Below are positions 1 through 8,602 of a stretch of DNA of 64,000 nucleotides, one piece after another; positions within the stretch are counted from its first letter, which is position 1, and every line of letters starts with the position of its first letter. The stretch comes from a virus, in IMG/VR virus record IMGVR_UViG_3300010224_000010; one strand, written 5' to 3'. The notes beneath the pieces are model-generated. The model ran no database searches. It saw only the letters and a program-made list of their open reading frames with translations, and had not been told where the DNA came from. The position numbers and the translations under genes are program-made.

Positions 1-100
1 CGAAGTTGAACGGGCTCTCGTAGGCGATCTGCTGGCGGGCCTTGGCGAGGGCGACGACACGGGGGTCGTCGACTTCGGCGCGGTCGATGTGGTCGGTCAT
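1..100 (-). CDS. hypothetical protein, N-terminal fragment (gene runs off left edge)
   Basis: ATG at 98-100 (minus) preceded by an AGGAG-like RBS. Reads MTDHIDRAEVDDPRVVALAKARQQIAYESPFNF to the edge. Confidence 0.4.
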   Translation of the reverse strand, partial: MTDHIDRAEVDDPRVVALAKARQQIAYESPFNF

Positions 101-137
101 GGTGTGGCTCCTGGTGGGTGTGCTGGGATGGGGGTCG

Positions 138-167
138 CGGCCGCCCCGGATAGCCCCCGGGGCGGCC
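138..167 (-). terminator. GC-rich hairpin downstream of the SLOG gene
   Basis: 12-bp perfect stem CGGCCGCCCCGG/CCGGGGCGGCCG with 6-nt loop, directly after the stop at 178. Confidence 0.5.
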
Positions 168-177
168 GTCCGGCTCC

Positions 178-618
178 TCACGCGGCACGCGTCCGCCGAG
201 TCGGGATGCCGGACTTCTCTGCGAGGTCGGCGCAGCCGCTCGCTCCGTGGGACGGGTGCGGGTCGGTGCGGTGGCAACGCGGGCTGGTGCACGGCCCGAT
301 GAACGCGAAGCAGGCATCGGCGCCGAGCTGGACCATGTGGGCGTTCCGGCGCGGGCCGCAGGCGGGCCACGGGCCGAAGTCCCTGGCCGGGTGCTCCTCG
401 ATGTCGATCGGCTGACCGCGGTTCTGGTGCCAGCGGGCCCACTCGTCGGCGATCTGGTCGGCGCCGGTGGGGCAGGCGCCGTGGACGACGACGAGGCGTT
501 GCCCGAGCCCAATGGCCAGGGCGCCGGCGGAGGTGAGGGTGTCCTCGATGGTGCGGCGGTCGGTCCAGTCGCGGCTGCCGGTGACGAGGACGCGGTAGGT
601 GTCGGTCATGGCGGTCAC
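178..618 (-). CDS. DUF2493/SLOG-family (YspA-like) nucleotide-binding protein
   Basis: VLVTGSRDW ... VVVHGACPTGADQIADEW pattern typical of DUF2493. GTG start overlaps the upstream stop (GTGA). Confidence 0.6.
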   Translation of the reverse strand: MTAMTDTYRVLVTGSRDWTDRRTIEDTLTSAGALAIGLGQRLVVVHGACPTGADQIADEWARWHQNRGQPIDIEEHPARDFGPWPACGPRRNAHMVQLGADACFAFIGPCTSPRCHRTDPHPSHGASGCADLAEKSGIPTRRTRAA

Positions 619-1040
619 CGTGTGGTTTCGTCGGCGGCCGGGACGGCGGCGGGCGCGCTCGGGTCGACTTCGGGGTGCGTGAACCGGACGGGCTTGCCCA
701 ACTCGCGGGCGTAGGCGATCTCCGCGCGGGTCGACGAGCCGATGTAGTCGCCGACGACGAGGATCCGGTCGGCGAGGCGGATCTTCTGTCGGTGCTGCTC
801 GTCGAGGCGGATCTTCAGGGCTTCCGCTTCAGCTGGGTCCGCCCACAGCGGGTGCGTGATCTTCATGTTGCAGTCGGGCTTGAGGACCAGGGCTCCGGCG
901 ACCGATTCGGTGATGGCGGCTTCGGTCATCTGGTCGGCGAACCGCATCGAGCCGCACAGGACGACGACGTCGCGGATGCCGAGGCGGGCTTTGCCGTCGG
1001 CGAGCTTCTCTTCGGGGGTGAGGAGTTCGGGGTAGGTCAC
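615..1040 (-). CDS. nucleoside 2-deoxyribosyltransferase / DNPH1(RCL)-like fold protein
   Basis: GTG 1038-1040 with GAAAGG RBS. VVVLCGSMRF ... ADRILVVGDYIGSSTRAEIAYARELGKPV resembles the NDT/RCL layout. The rest of the 328-aa track ORF is Arg/Pro-rich junk. Confidence 0.45.
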   Translation of the reverse strand: MTYPELLTPEEKLADGKARLGIRDVVVLCGSMRFADQMTEAAITESVAGALVLKPDCNMKITHPLWADPAEAEALKIRLDEQHRQKIRLADRILVVGDYIGSSTRAEIAYARELGKPVRFTHPEVDPSAPAAVPAADETTR

Positions 1041-1087
1041 GGTGCGCCTTTCGGGTTGTGGTGGTGTGTGTTGTCGCGCGTGGGCCG

Positions 1088-1687
1088 TCAGGCAGGGCCC
1101 GGAGGTTGTCCGGCGCCGGGGCACTGCTCGCCGGTGGAGAAGCCGGCCGGGTCCATGCCGTGGTGGCGGAAGACCGTGCCGTTGGCCTTGAGCGCGTAGG
1201 GCAGCCCGCAGACGGAACACGGCTTGCGGGTGGTGTCCTTGCCGCGGCTCTTCGCCATGGCGGCGCGGACTCGGCTTCGGTCGCAGATGCGGCAGCGGCG
1301 GGATCCGCGGGCGCCGCCCTTCTCGCGCGGGTAGAAGACGGTGAAGGTGTGGCCCTCCGAGCATGTGGTCTTGACGGCGTTCATCGCCGGTGCTCCGACG
1401 CCGCGGAGGATGTTCTCCTCGTTGGTCACGGCTTCGAGGTGGGTGGGGCGGACGCAGGCCCGGTTGCGGCAGAGGTGGTCGATGACCAGGCCGTCGGGGA
1501 TGGGGCCGACGATGAGTTCGTAGAACCAGCGGTGGGCGCTGGTCTTCTCGGCTCCGAGGTAGAAGAAGCCGTAGCCCTTGGCGTTGATGCTGCCGGTCCA
1601 CTGCCAGCAGGTGCCGCTTGTGTCGATGCGGGTGAGTGGGTGTTCCGCGTCGGCGATGCGAAGGCGGTTCTCGTCGGTCTGGTTCAT
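1088..1687 (-). CDS. HNH homing endonuclease (HNH_3 type)
   Basis: WQWTGSINAKGYG ... DHLCRNRACVRPTHLE core plus C-terminal TCSEGH...RRCRIC zinc-ribbon repeat. Confidence 0.8.
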   Translation of the reverse strand: MNQTDENRLRIADAEHPLTRIDTSGTCWQWTGSINAKGYGFFYLGAEKTSAHRWFYELIVGPIPDGLVIDHLCRNRACVRPTHLEAVTNEENILRGVGAPAMNAVKTTCSEGHTFTVFYPREKGGARGSRRCRICDRSRVRAAMAKSRGKDTTRKPCSVCGLPYALKANGTVFRHHGMDPAGFSTGEQCPGAGQPPGPA

Positions 1688-1750
1688 GGCTGCTCTCTTC
1701 GTGCGTGCGGCGCTGTAACCGGGTGTCGGGCCTCCCGGGGTGGTGATCGC

Positions 1751-3553
1751 TTATGCGGCGTCGTGGGGCTTGTTGGCCTGTGGCGGGTGGCTGCCGGTTT
1801 CGGGTTCGCAGCCGAGGTGTGTGTCGTATCCGCGGTCGAGGCGGTAGCCGGTGAGGGGCTTGGTGCAGACGGTGCAGAGGACTTCGTCTGGGGTGGCCGT
1901 TCCGGGTGTTCCCTCCCCCGTCCCTCCTTTAGAGGGAGGGACGGGGGGGAACGTGGGCCCGGGGTACGTTCCCTCAGCGTTACCGGGGAACGTTTGACCT
2001 GCGTCTTTACCGTCCCTTGAAGCGTTCCGGGGAACGTTCCCGGGGAACGTCTCCGGGAACGGGTCGGGGGAACGTCCCGGGGGAACGTCTACGGTGTCCG
2101 ACTTGAGCCGGTTTTGGCGGGCCTTGACGACGCGGCTGATCTTGTCGGAACCGGCCGGGATCTGGAGTTCGGCGAGCTTCGCTTTCACGACCCGGTTGCC
2201 GGCGTCGTGCGGGACTCCGGCGCGGTCGAGGGCGCTGATGATGTGTTCGTCGGTCCCGGGGATGGCGGCCATGCCGGTGTCCGGGGCGGCCTCGTAGGTC
2301 ATGAGGACGTGGCGGGTGCGGCCGGGCAGGTAGTGGTCGCCGTCTTTCTGGGACTGGCGGACGAGGGAGAACTGTTCGGGGCCGATGCCGGTGCGGGTGT
2401 GGGTGCGCTTGAGGAGCAGGGTGCCGCCGCCGGTCGCCCGGAGCTCCCAGACGTGGTCGACGTCCTGGGTCTTGGCGGAGGAGCCGCGGGCGCCGCGTTC
2501 GCCGTCCTTGCCCATGTGGTCCAGGCGCACACTGGCGAGGCCGGCGCGCTTGAGCGGCAGGAGGGTGTGCCGGTAGAGGTTGAGCCACGTGTCGGCGTCG
2601 TTCTCCGGGCCGGAGATGAACCGGGACACGGTGTCGAGGCACACGAGTTGGGCCTCAGACTCTTTGACCATGGCCATGAGGTCGGCGCCGCCGCCCGCGG
2701 TGTCGAGGGGGCGCACGGGCGGGAACGAGGAGTAGGTCATCAGGCCCATGCGGCCGGGCCCGGCGCCGAAGGAGCGGAATCGTTCCTGGATGTCCTGGTG
2801 GCCGTTCTCTGCGTCGACGTACAGCAGCGGGATCGGGGTGTGGGCGCGGTCGCCGAGGAACGGCTGGCCGCACGCCATGCGCCACAGCCACTCCTGCACG
2901 AGCAGGGACTTGCCGGCCTTGCCGTCGCCGACGATGGTGATCTGTTGGCCGGGTGCGAGGAGCTTGCCGAGGAGGAGCTCGACGGCGCCGAAGTCGGTGG
3001 CGAAGAACGGGTCCCACTCGACGAACGAGGCGGTGAGGTGGGAGGGGCCGTGGCCGGTGGTGGCGCGGCGTTCCTCGTACTGGCGGTGTTCGGTGTCGAG
3101 TTTGTCGAGGTATTCGATGCTGGCGCCGCGGGCGATCTCGGCCTTGATGCGGTTGGCGCGTTCGTCGTGGCGGCGGATGCGGGCGATCTCGGCGATGCGT
3201 TCGGCGAAGGCCTGCGCCATGGTCGGTGAGATGGTGTCGCCGCCGAGGTGGAAGACGAGGGCGCCTCCGCCGACTTCCTTGAGCCGCTTCTGCTTCTCGA
3301 TCTCGGCGTTGACGGTGACCGGGTGGAGCTGCTTGTTCTCGGCGACCATGCCGCCGACGACGTCCCAGATGAGGCGGATGGCGGGCTGGTAGATGTCCTC
3401 TCGGTCGAGGACTTCGGCGCATTCGAGGTAGGCGGTGCGGCTGTGCATGATGACGCCGGCCATCCAGTTTTCGGCCTCGGCGTCGTGGGGGGATGTGCGG
3501 TTGAGGCCGTCCGGGTCCGCCGTGGGGTGCGGGATGTGGCGGACGTTGTCCAC
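1751..3553 (-). CDS. DnaB-like replicative helicase (DnaB N-terminal-like segment + RecA/AAA_25 core + Cys-containing C-terminus)
   Basis: Walker A GDGKAGKS, Walker B-like LVCLDTVS, N-terminal AENWMAGVIMHSRTAYLECAEVL. GAGGAGA RBS before GTG 3553. Confidence 0.75.
   Translation of the reverse strand: MDNVRHIPHPTADPDGLNRTSPHDAEAENWMAGVIMHSRTAYLECAEVLDREDIYQPAIRLIWDVVGGMVAENKQLHPVTVNAEIEKQKRLKEVGGGALVFHLGGDTISPTMAQAFAERIAEIARIRRHDERANRIKAEIARGASIEYLDKLDTEHRQYEERRATTGHGPSHLTASFVEWDPFFATDFGAVELLLGKLLAPGQQITIVGDGKAGKSLLVQEWLWRMACGQPFLGDRAHTPIPLLYVDAENGHQDIQERFRSFGAGPGRMGLMTYSSFPPVRPLDTAGGGADLMAMVKESEAQLVCLDTVSRFISGPENDADTWLNLYRHTLLPLKRAGLASVRLDHMGKDGERGARGSSAKTQDVDHVWELRATGGGTLLLKRTHTRTGIGPEQFSLVRQSQKDGDHYLPGRTRHVLMTYEAAPDTGMAAIPGTDEHIISALDRAGVPHDAGNRVVKAKLAELQIPAGSDKISRVVKARQNRLKSDTVDVPPGRSPDPFPETFPGNVPRNASRDGKDAGQTFPGNAEGTYPGPTFPPVPPSKGGTGEGTPGTATPDEVLCTVCTKPLTGYRLDRGYDTHLGCEPETGSHPPQANKPHDAA
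1921..2095. repeat. iteron-like array of GGGAACGT motifs plus AT-centred palindrome (candidate origin) inside the helicase 3' region
   Basis: Direct GGGAACG(T/G) at 1947, 1986, 2030, 2043, 2055, 2068, 2081 (last five at 12-13 nt spacing). Inverted copies at 1966 and 2023/2034. Palindrome TCCCTCC-TTTAGAG-GGAGGGA at 1921-1941. Confidence 0.5.
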
Positions 3554-3593
3554 GGGGCGGTCTCCTCGACAGGTCGTGTGCGTTGTGGCGGGT

Positions 3594-3626
3594 CGGGCGG
3601 GGCGGCGGGAGTTGTCGCCCCGCCCG
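3594..3626 (-). terminator. GC-rich hairpin after the DUF2303 gene
   Basis: 11-bp stem CGGGCGGGGCG/CGCCCCGCCCG just downstream of the stop at 3633. Confidence 0.5.
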
Positions 3627-3632
3627 GGCCGG

Positions 3633-4442
3633 TCAGGCTGGGGTGCCGTTCATGACGGTGGTGTCGATCTGCGCGCCGATCGCTTTCACCACGTCGGCGA
3701 AGGCCGTCTTGCGGATCTCGTCGGGGCGGTCGAGCTTGTAGCCGAGGCGGAGTCCGTGCTGGCCGATGCGGTAGCGCAGGCGGGCGGTGAGCCGGTAGCC
3801 CTCGCTGCCCTCGAAGGGGACGAGGCCGATGACGAACGTCTCGGGGACGGTGAGCTGCCCCTTCTGCCCGGCCTTGGTGGTGGCGGTCTCGACGTACTGG
3901 AACTGCCGCTGCCCGGAGGAGGGTCGGGTGGCGGACTGGAAGTCGACCTTCTGCGCGGCCTGGAAGGACTGGGCGATCTCCAGCATGTCCGCGGCGGCGG
4001 GCTCCAGGAGTTCGGGGACGTGGTCCTCGAGGAACTCGGCGAACGCCTCCTGGTCCATGAGTTCGCCGTTGAGGCGCGTCCACTGCTTCCAGGCCTCGGT
4101 CTCGCGGAGGGCGAGGTGGAGGCGGTGGCCGCCGAAGCGGGCATCGGTGGCGGTGTTGGCGTCGAGGACGGCGGTGACGGTGAGGCGCTCGTTGTCGGCG
4201 TACACCTCGGAGTTGTCGTCGTGGTGCTTGGTCCAGTAGGCGAGGAAGGACTCGGCGTCGCGGACGGTGGTCGTGCCGGACTTGCGGGCGAGCTGGCCGG
4301 TGTAGTCGGGGCCGGTGAGGTCGACCTTCTGGAGTCCGCCGGGGGTGACGAAGGCGTGGTACTTGCCGACTTCCAGGGTGTGGGGCTGTGCGGAGCGGAG
4401 CGCGGTGTCGACGATGACCTGCGCGTTGTCGGTGTTGGTCAT
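3633..4442 (-). CDS. DUF2303 (YfdQ-like) family protein
   Basis: 269-aa ORF in the early operon. Family assignment is from remembered sequence character (…FQYVETATTKAGQKGQLTVPETF…), not computed. Confidence 0.5.
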   Translation of the reverse strand: MTNTDNAQVIVDTALRSAQPHTLEVGKYHAFVTPGGLQKVDLTGPDYTGQLARKSGTTTVRDAESFLAYWTKHHDDNSEVYADNERLTVTAVLDANTATDARFGGHRLHLALRETEAWKQWTRLNGELMDQEAFAEFLEDHVPELLEPAAADMLEIAQSFQAAQKVDFQSATRPSSGQRQFQYVETATTKAGQKGQLTVPETFVIGLVPFEGSEGYRLTARLRYRIGQHGLRLGYKLDRPDEIRKTAFADVVKAIGAQIDTTVMNGTPA

Positions 4443-4445
4443 GGG

Positions 4446-4856
4446 TTAGGCGTCCTTGAAGTCGGTGGTCTTGGTGTCGGCGAGGCGGAATTCGGTGGTG
4501 CCGTCTGCGTCGCGGTACAGGCCGGGCGACATCTGGCGGGGGTCCTCGCGGACGGGGAGGCCGTCTTCGTCGAGGAAGTACAGAGACTTGACCGGGGTCG
4601 GCTTGGGGGCCTTGACGGCGGACTCGACGCCGATGGGGAGCGGTGCGGACTCGACGCCGTTGGCCGGGGGGTCGACGACGATGGTGATCGTCATGGATCC
4701 CTTTTTGCCGTGGGCGCGGACCTGGTCGAGGAGGGTGTGGAATTCGGTGGAGAGTTCCTCGTCGGTGCGGCCGTTGAGGTGGCTGGCGAGGAACGCGGCG
4801 ACGGGGGCCTGCTGTCGCTCGGCGATCTCTCCGGTGGTCTTGTCGACGTTGCTCAT
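4446..4856 (-). CDS. hypothetical early protein
   Basis: 136-aa ORF with normal composition, 3 nt upstream of the DUF2303 gene. GAAAGG RBS. Confidence 0.6.
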   Translation of the reverse strand: MSNVDKTTGEIAERQQAPVAAFLASHLNGRTDEELSTEFHTLLDQVRAHGKKGSMTITIVVDPPANGVESAPLPIGVESAVKAPKPTPVKSLYFLDEDGLPVREDPRQMSPGLYRDADGTTEFRLADTKTTDFKDA

Positions 4857-4906
4857 GTGCTGGTGGTGCCTTTCTGGTTGGTGGTGCTGGTGTGGTGTGT
4901 GGGGGT

Positions 4907-4946
4907 GGGCCAGCCCCTCGGTTGGGGGAAGTTGAGGGGCTGGCCC
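4907..4946 (-). terminator. strong hairpin between the WhiB operon and downstream genes
   Basis: 13-bp perfect stem GGGCCAGCCCCTC/GAGGGGCTGGCCC. Confidence 0.55.
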
Positions 4947-5001
4947 GGGGTGGCGGCCGTGGCGCTGGGGGTGCGCCTGGCGGTGGCCGCCGGTCAGGTG
5001 G

Positions 5002-5169
5002 TCAGGTGGTCTTGGTGCCGGGCTCCGGCCGTCCGGTCAGCGCCGCGGGCGTGTGGGCCGGGCAGCGGGGCCCGGTCAGGAAGGCGCGCACCCCGTCGAC
5101 GGACTGGCAGTGCCGGCGTTCGGCGCCAACCCAGTGCGTGCACACGCCCAACCCCCACGGGCCGTTCAC
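5002..5169 (-). CDS. small Cys/His-rich protein (55 aa)
   Basis: GTG overlaps the WhiB stop (GTGA). VNGPWGLGVCTHW..RHCQS..PRCPAH. Below the track length cutoff as an independent ORF. Confidence 0.35.
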   Translation of the reverse strand: MNGPWGLGVCTHWVGAERRHCQSVDGVRAFLTGPRCPAHTPAALTGRPEPGTKTT

Positions 5170-5474
5170 GAGGCAGCCCGGGTGCGGCGTTGGCGGAGCC
5201 GGTGGTAGAGGCGCTCGCGCTGTCGTGGGGTGAGGCCTGCGTAGACGCCGAACCGGGTCTTCGCGGATCGGGCGCCCTCGTGCGCCATGCAGTCGATGAG
5301 GCATTCGCGGCGGACCGGGCAGGTCGCGCAGACGGCGCGGGCCTGCGCGATCTTGAGGGTGTTGTTGTCGGGGAAGAACGTCTCGGGGTCGGTGTCTTCG
5401 GTCTTGCAGGCGGCGTGCTTCAGCCATTCGCGGGCGGGCTCGGTGTCGGGGACGGACCCGGAGTAGTGGCTCAT
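5166..5474 (-). CDS. WhiB-family (Wbl) transcription factor
   Basis: Four Cys in Wbl spacing (AACKTED ... CATCPVRRECLIDC) followed by a G[V/I]Y/WAG-like turn (FGVYAGL) and a basic tail. Confidence 0.85.
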   Translation of the reverse strand: MSHYSGSVPDTEPAREWLKHAACKTEDTDPETFFPDNNTLKIAQARAVCATCPVRRECLIDCMAHEGARSAKTRFGVYAGLTPRQRERLYHRLRQRRTRAAS

Positions 5475-7261
5475 GCCGCCACCTCCGCCCGGTGGAGGAC
5501 GGCCCGCAGCCGCTCCCCGATCCAGGTGCCGACCGGCTCGCTGACGGCGTTACCGAACCCGTCGACCTGATTCCTCGCGCTGCCCCAGACCTTGAAGGTG
5601 CCCTTGTGGTCGAGGAAGGGGACGTCAAAGCCGCAGCCGCGGCCGACCTCGTGGGGGCCCATCATCCGGAAGTAGCAGTCCTCCAGCGGGAGTTCCGCGA
5701 GCGAGGCCCGCCACTCGGCCAACAGCAGTGCTGTCGTGTCGTGGGCGGTGACCGTTCCGAGCGGGTCGGTCATGGGGTGCGGCGCAGTCTTGCCGTTCTC
5801 CTTGTACCAACCAGCAGCCGTCAGCAGGCCCGGGATCTGGTCCGACGTGAACGTCGGCATCGCCTCGCTGTGCATCGTGGGCACGGTGTTCTGCCGGTAC
5901 GGGAGGATCCCGGACGACACCACGGCGAGCGTCTCCGAGCCGACCTGGGTAGGCAGCGGCTCACCTGCCCCGCGCGGGCCGCCCTGGTAGTTGTCCACCG
6001 CGAGCGCCATCGGCGGAGTGATCAGACCGGTCGTGTTGGTGGCGGGCTGCGCCCACAGCGGCTGGTCGAACCCGCGGGAGCGGCAGTCGGATCCGGGCCT
6101 CTCGAATGTGTTCCCCGCGGCCGCCATGAGGGCGCCGGTGGACAGGATGGACGTCTCCTGCTGGCTGGTCTGTGTGGCGAGGGGCTGCCACGGGTGCCGC
6201 TCGGAGCCGTGCACGCCTTTGGCCGGCATGAGGATCACGGGAAAGTCGGCGAACCGCTGACGGCAGCGCTCTGCCCGGGCCATGGTCGACGGGGCGAGAG
6301 GGCTTCGCGTGATGATGCCGGTCTTCTTGTCCTTGAACTCCTTGAGCGGCTTGTCACCGATGCGGACGCCGAGGTTCGTGAGGTCGAGGGCGGCCAGGGA
6401 CGGCGTCATCGGCGGGACCACGGGGGTTCGGCAGGAGGGGCACCGGTACTCGTACTGCTTGCCGTAGCGCACCGACCCGGTCGGCGGGAGCCCGGTCTTC
6501 CAGGTCCACACCGCCTCGACGTCCTTGTCGCAGCGGTGGCATCGGGACGCTGGCCGGTGCTCCAGGTCGGGCATCGGGAGGGACTTGTGGACGAACGCCC
6601 AGAAGCCGCGGTCTCTCGTCTGCGGCACGCCGAAGAACTGGCTGTTGAGGTACAGGACCTTCACTCGGTAGTTGAGCAGGTCGAACTGCTTCAGCCACCA
6701 CCGGTAGGTGCTCCCGTCGCCATACTTCTTGCCCGGCACCGCCTTGCCCCATGAGGTGAGCTCGGTGGTGCACTCGACGAGGATCAGCCGGGGGCGATGG
6801 GTCTGCGCGTAGTGCAGGACGCAGTTGGCGGTGGCCCGGTCCCGCTCAGACCTGGTGACCCGGGCCTCGAAGTCGGGGTCTTCCAGCCCGAAGAGGGTGA
6901 GGCCCTCGGTGAAGGCCTTGATCGTGTTGGCCTGGCTGTGGTTGACGCAGCTCACGCCCGCGAGCAGCAGGTCAGCAGGAGGGAGGTCGCGGACGTCGTG
7001 GTAGTCGGCGGACTCGGTGTCGACGAGGTCGGCGATCCAGTGTTCTGCGTAGGAGTGGTTCGCCTCGTGGACCTCGACCTTGTAGGCGTTGTGGTTCGCA
7101 GCCATGATCGTCTGGAACCCGGCCCGCTTGGCGGCCTCGGTGAATCCCCCGAACCCGGAGAAGAGGTCGACGGCGGTTGCGTCGTCGTGGCGGAAGCGGC
7201 GGCGCTTGAGGGCCGGCCGGTGCGTGGCCGTGCGGGGCAGCTGCTTGGACGGGCGCGCCAT
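5471..7261 (-). CDS. DNA (cytosine-5) methyltransferase, large variant
   Basis: Motif I VDLFSGFGGF, catalytic-Cys region GVSCVNHSQA (actinophage-type variant of the PCQ motif), ENV-like LILVECT. CxxC...CxxC insertion in the variable region. Confidence 0.7.
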   Translation of the reverse strand: MARPSKQLPRTATHRPALKRRRFRHDDATAVDLFSGFGGFTEAAKRAGFQTIMAANHNAYKVEVHEANHSYAEHWIADLVDTESADYHDVRDLPPADLLLAGVSCVNHSQANTIKAFTEGLTLFGLEDPDFEARVTRSERDRATANCVLHYAQTHRPRLILVECTTELTSWGKAVPGKKYGDGSTYRWWLKQFDLLNYRVKVLYLNSQFFGVPQTRDRGFWAFVHKSLPMPDLEHRPASRCHRCDKDVEAVWTWKTGLPPTGSVRYGKQYEYRCPSCRTPVVPPMTPSLAALDLTNLGVRIGDKPLKEFKDKKTGIITRSPLAPSTMARAERCRQRFADFPVILMPAKGVHGSERHPWQPLATQTSQQETSILSTGALMAAAGNTFERPGSDCRSRGFDQPLWAQPATNTTGLITPPMALAVDNYQGGPRGAGEPLPTQVGSETLAVVSSGILPYRQNTVPTMHSEAMPTFTSDQIPGLLTAAGWYKENGKTAPHPMTDPLGTVTAHDTTALLLAEWRASLAELPLEDCYFRMMGPHEVGRGCGFDVPFLDHKGTFKVWGSARNQVDGFGNAVSEPVGTWIGERLRAVLHRAEVAA

Positions 7262-7704
7262 CAGGTGGTCACCTGCTTTCGGTCTTCGGCGCGCCAGCGG
7301 TGCACGGTGCGCTTCGCGATACGGACCCGCTCGGCGATTTCGCTTGCGGGGGCGTCGTGTTGGGTGAGGTGCCAGCAGGCGAGGCGGGCCTCGTCCCGCG
7401 AGAGGACAGGCAGCGGGCGCAGACCGAGGACCACGCGCATCACGGCGCTCTCGTCGACGACCTGGTGGTTGGGGCGGACCACGCGGGGCGTGTATCGGAA
7501 CGGCCTCGGCGTGGGCTTCGACTCGGCCGGGCGGTGCTGCGTGGCCGGGCGCCGGCTGGTGCGGGTCAGCCGTTCGATGCGGCGGGCGGCGCCGCGGTAG
7601 GCCTTCGCCTGGCCGCGGTCGGTCTCCAGAGCGGCGGCCGAGCGGAGGAGAGCGGCGAGGCGTACGCCGCAGGAGGGCTTGACACGGACGGTGATCTCGA
7701 TCAT
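7261..7704 (-). CDS. HTH DNA-binding protein
   Basis: C-terminal HTH ASEIAERVRIAKRTVHRWR. ATGA overlap with the RuvC-like gene. Confidence 0.55.
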   Translation of the reverse strand: MIEITVRVKPSCGVRLAALLRSAAALETDRGQAKAYRGAARRIERLTRTSRRPATQHRPAESKPTPRPFRYTPRVVRPNHQVVDESAVMRVVLGLRPLPVLSRDEARLACWHLTQHDAPASEIAERVRIAKRTVHRWRAEDRKQVTT

Positions 7705-8324
7705 CGGACGGTCACCGCCCCGCGGGCCGGCCAGCGCACAGAGTCGATGGCCCGGCGGCGGTCGTCGCCGACGACGGCGAGCGGGTGGCCGAGCCAGTGA
7801 AGGCCCATGGCCAACATCACGTAGGCGTCGGCCTCGTCGTACTTGGCGGTGCCCTCGGTGGTGATGCCGTACGTCTCCAGGACGGCCTGGCGGACGACGG
7901 CCTTCAGCGGCTCGCCCTTCAGCCGTACGCCCGTGTCGGGGTCGCGCGGCTGAGTGGTGCCGGTCGTGTACTTGATGCGGTCGTCGGGCCGTACCACTGC
8001 GTACGGGATGCGCCGCTTCCACAGATCGTGACGGACCATCCACCGCATCGCGGACAGGGCGTCGGCCCCGTTGTTGTTCTTGGAGAACGCCGGGCCTTCG
8101 ATGACGACGAAGTCGGCGTTGCGGATGTGGTCGGCGATCCCGGTGAGCTGCTGCTCGAAGCGGGAGTGCTGGCTGGTGCCCTTGGCGCGGACGTAGTCGG
8201 TCCAGCCTTCTCCGGCGATGCCGGTGGTGCCCATGGCGACGTCGAGGCCGATGACCTTGGGCCGGGGCCCGGCCGCCGGGGTGGCGGCCGGAGCCTTCGG
8301 GGACAGCTCGAACAGCGTGCTCAC
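7701..8324 (-). CDS. RuvC-like Holliday junction resolvase
   Basis: [15 protein letters not shown]-terminal Asp motif, [21 protein letters not shown]-terminal acidic motif. Confidence 0.7.
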   Translation of the reverse strand: MSTLFELSPKAPAATPAAGPRPKVIGLDVAMGTTGIAGEGWTDYVRAKGTSQHSRFEQQLTGIADHIRNADFVVIEGPAFSKNNNGADALSAMRWMVRHDLWKRRIPYAVVRPDDRIKYTTGTTQPRDPDTGVRLKGEPLKAVVRQAVLETYGITTEGTAKYDEADAYVMLAMGLHWLGHPLAVVGDDRRRAIDSVRWPARGAVTVR

Positions 8325-8602
8325 GAGGCATCCCCCGCCTCGGTCGTCCGCGGGTCACGGCTCGGGTTGCGGCAGTCCATACAGATGAACTGCTTCGTCA
8401 CCCGCGTCCGGGCATGCAGCGTGACCCGGCCCTCCGCCGAGCACAGGGCCGCCTGCTTGTCGAGCGCCTTGATCGGCCTCAACAGCAGGGCGGGCGCGCG
8501 GTGTCGGCCGCTCGGTTCCGGCCGCACGTACCAGCGGGCCAGCGCGGCACCACCCACGAGCGAGGACATCAGGGCGGCGGCGCCGATGGTGATCTGGTCC
8601 AT
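8321..8602 (-). CDS. small membrane-anchored protein
   Basis: N-terminal hydrophobic helix [19 protein letters not shown]. Coupled start/stop on both sides. Confidence 0.5.
   Translation of the reverse strand: MDQITIGAAALMSSLVGGAALARWYVRPEPSGRHRAPALLLRPIKALDKQAALCSAEGRVTLHARTRVTKQFICMDCRNPSRDPRTTEAGDAS

Noticed and set aside
615-1601. Full 328-aa minus-strand ORF, plus similar long N-terminal extensions at 7261-8358, 12266-13162, 14269-14952, 25593-26663, 52287-53042 and 54475-55833.
   Set aside because: The upstream portions overlap better-supported genes in another frame and are Arg/Pro-rich. Internal starts with an RBS or ATGA/GTGA coupling give sensible proteins, so only the C-terminal parts were annotated.
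3435-5570. 711-aa plus-strand ORF. Similar very long ORFs occur elsewhere, e.g. 13046-15145 (+), 16163-18085 (-), 35603-37240 (+), 41936-43822 (+) and 45744-47222 (+).
   Set aside because: They lie antisense to ORFs with recognisable domains. They have Arg/Gly/Ala/Pro-dominated low-complexity composition typical of shadow frames in high-GC DNA, with no RBS or coupling logic.
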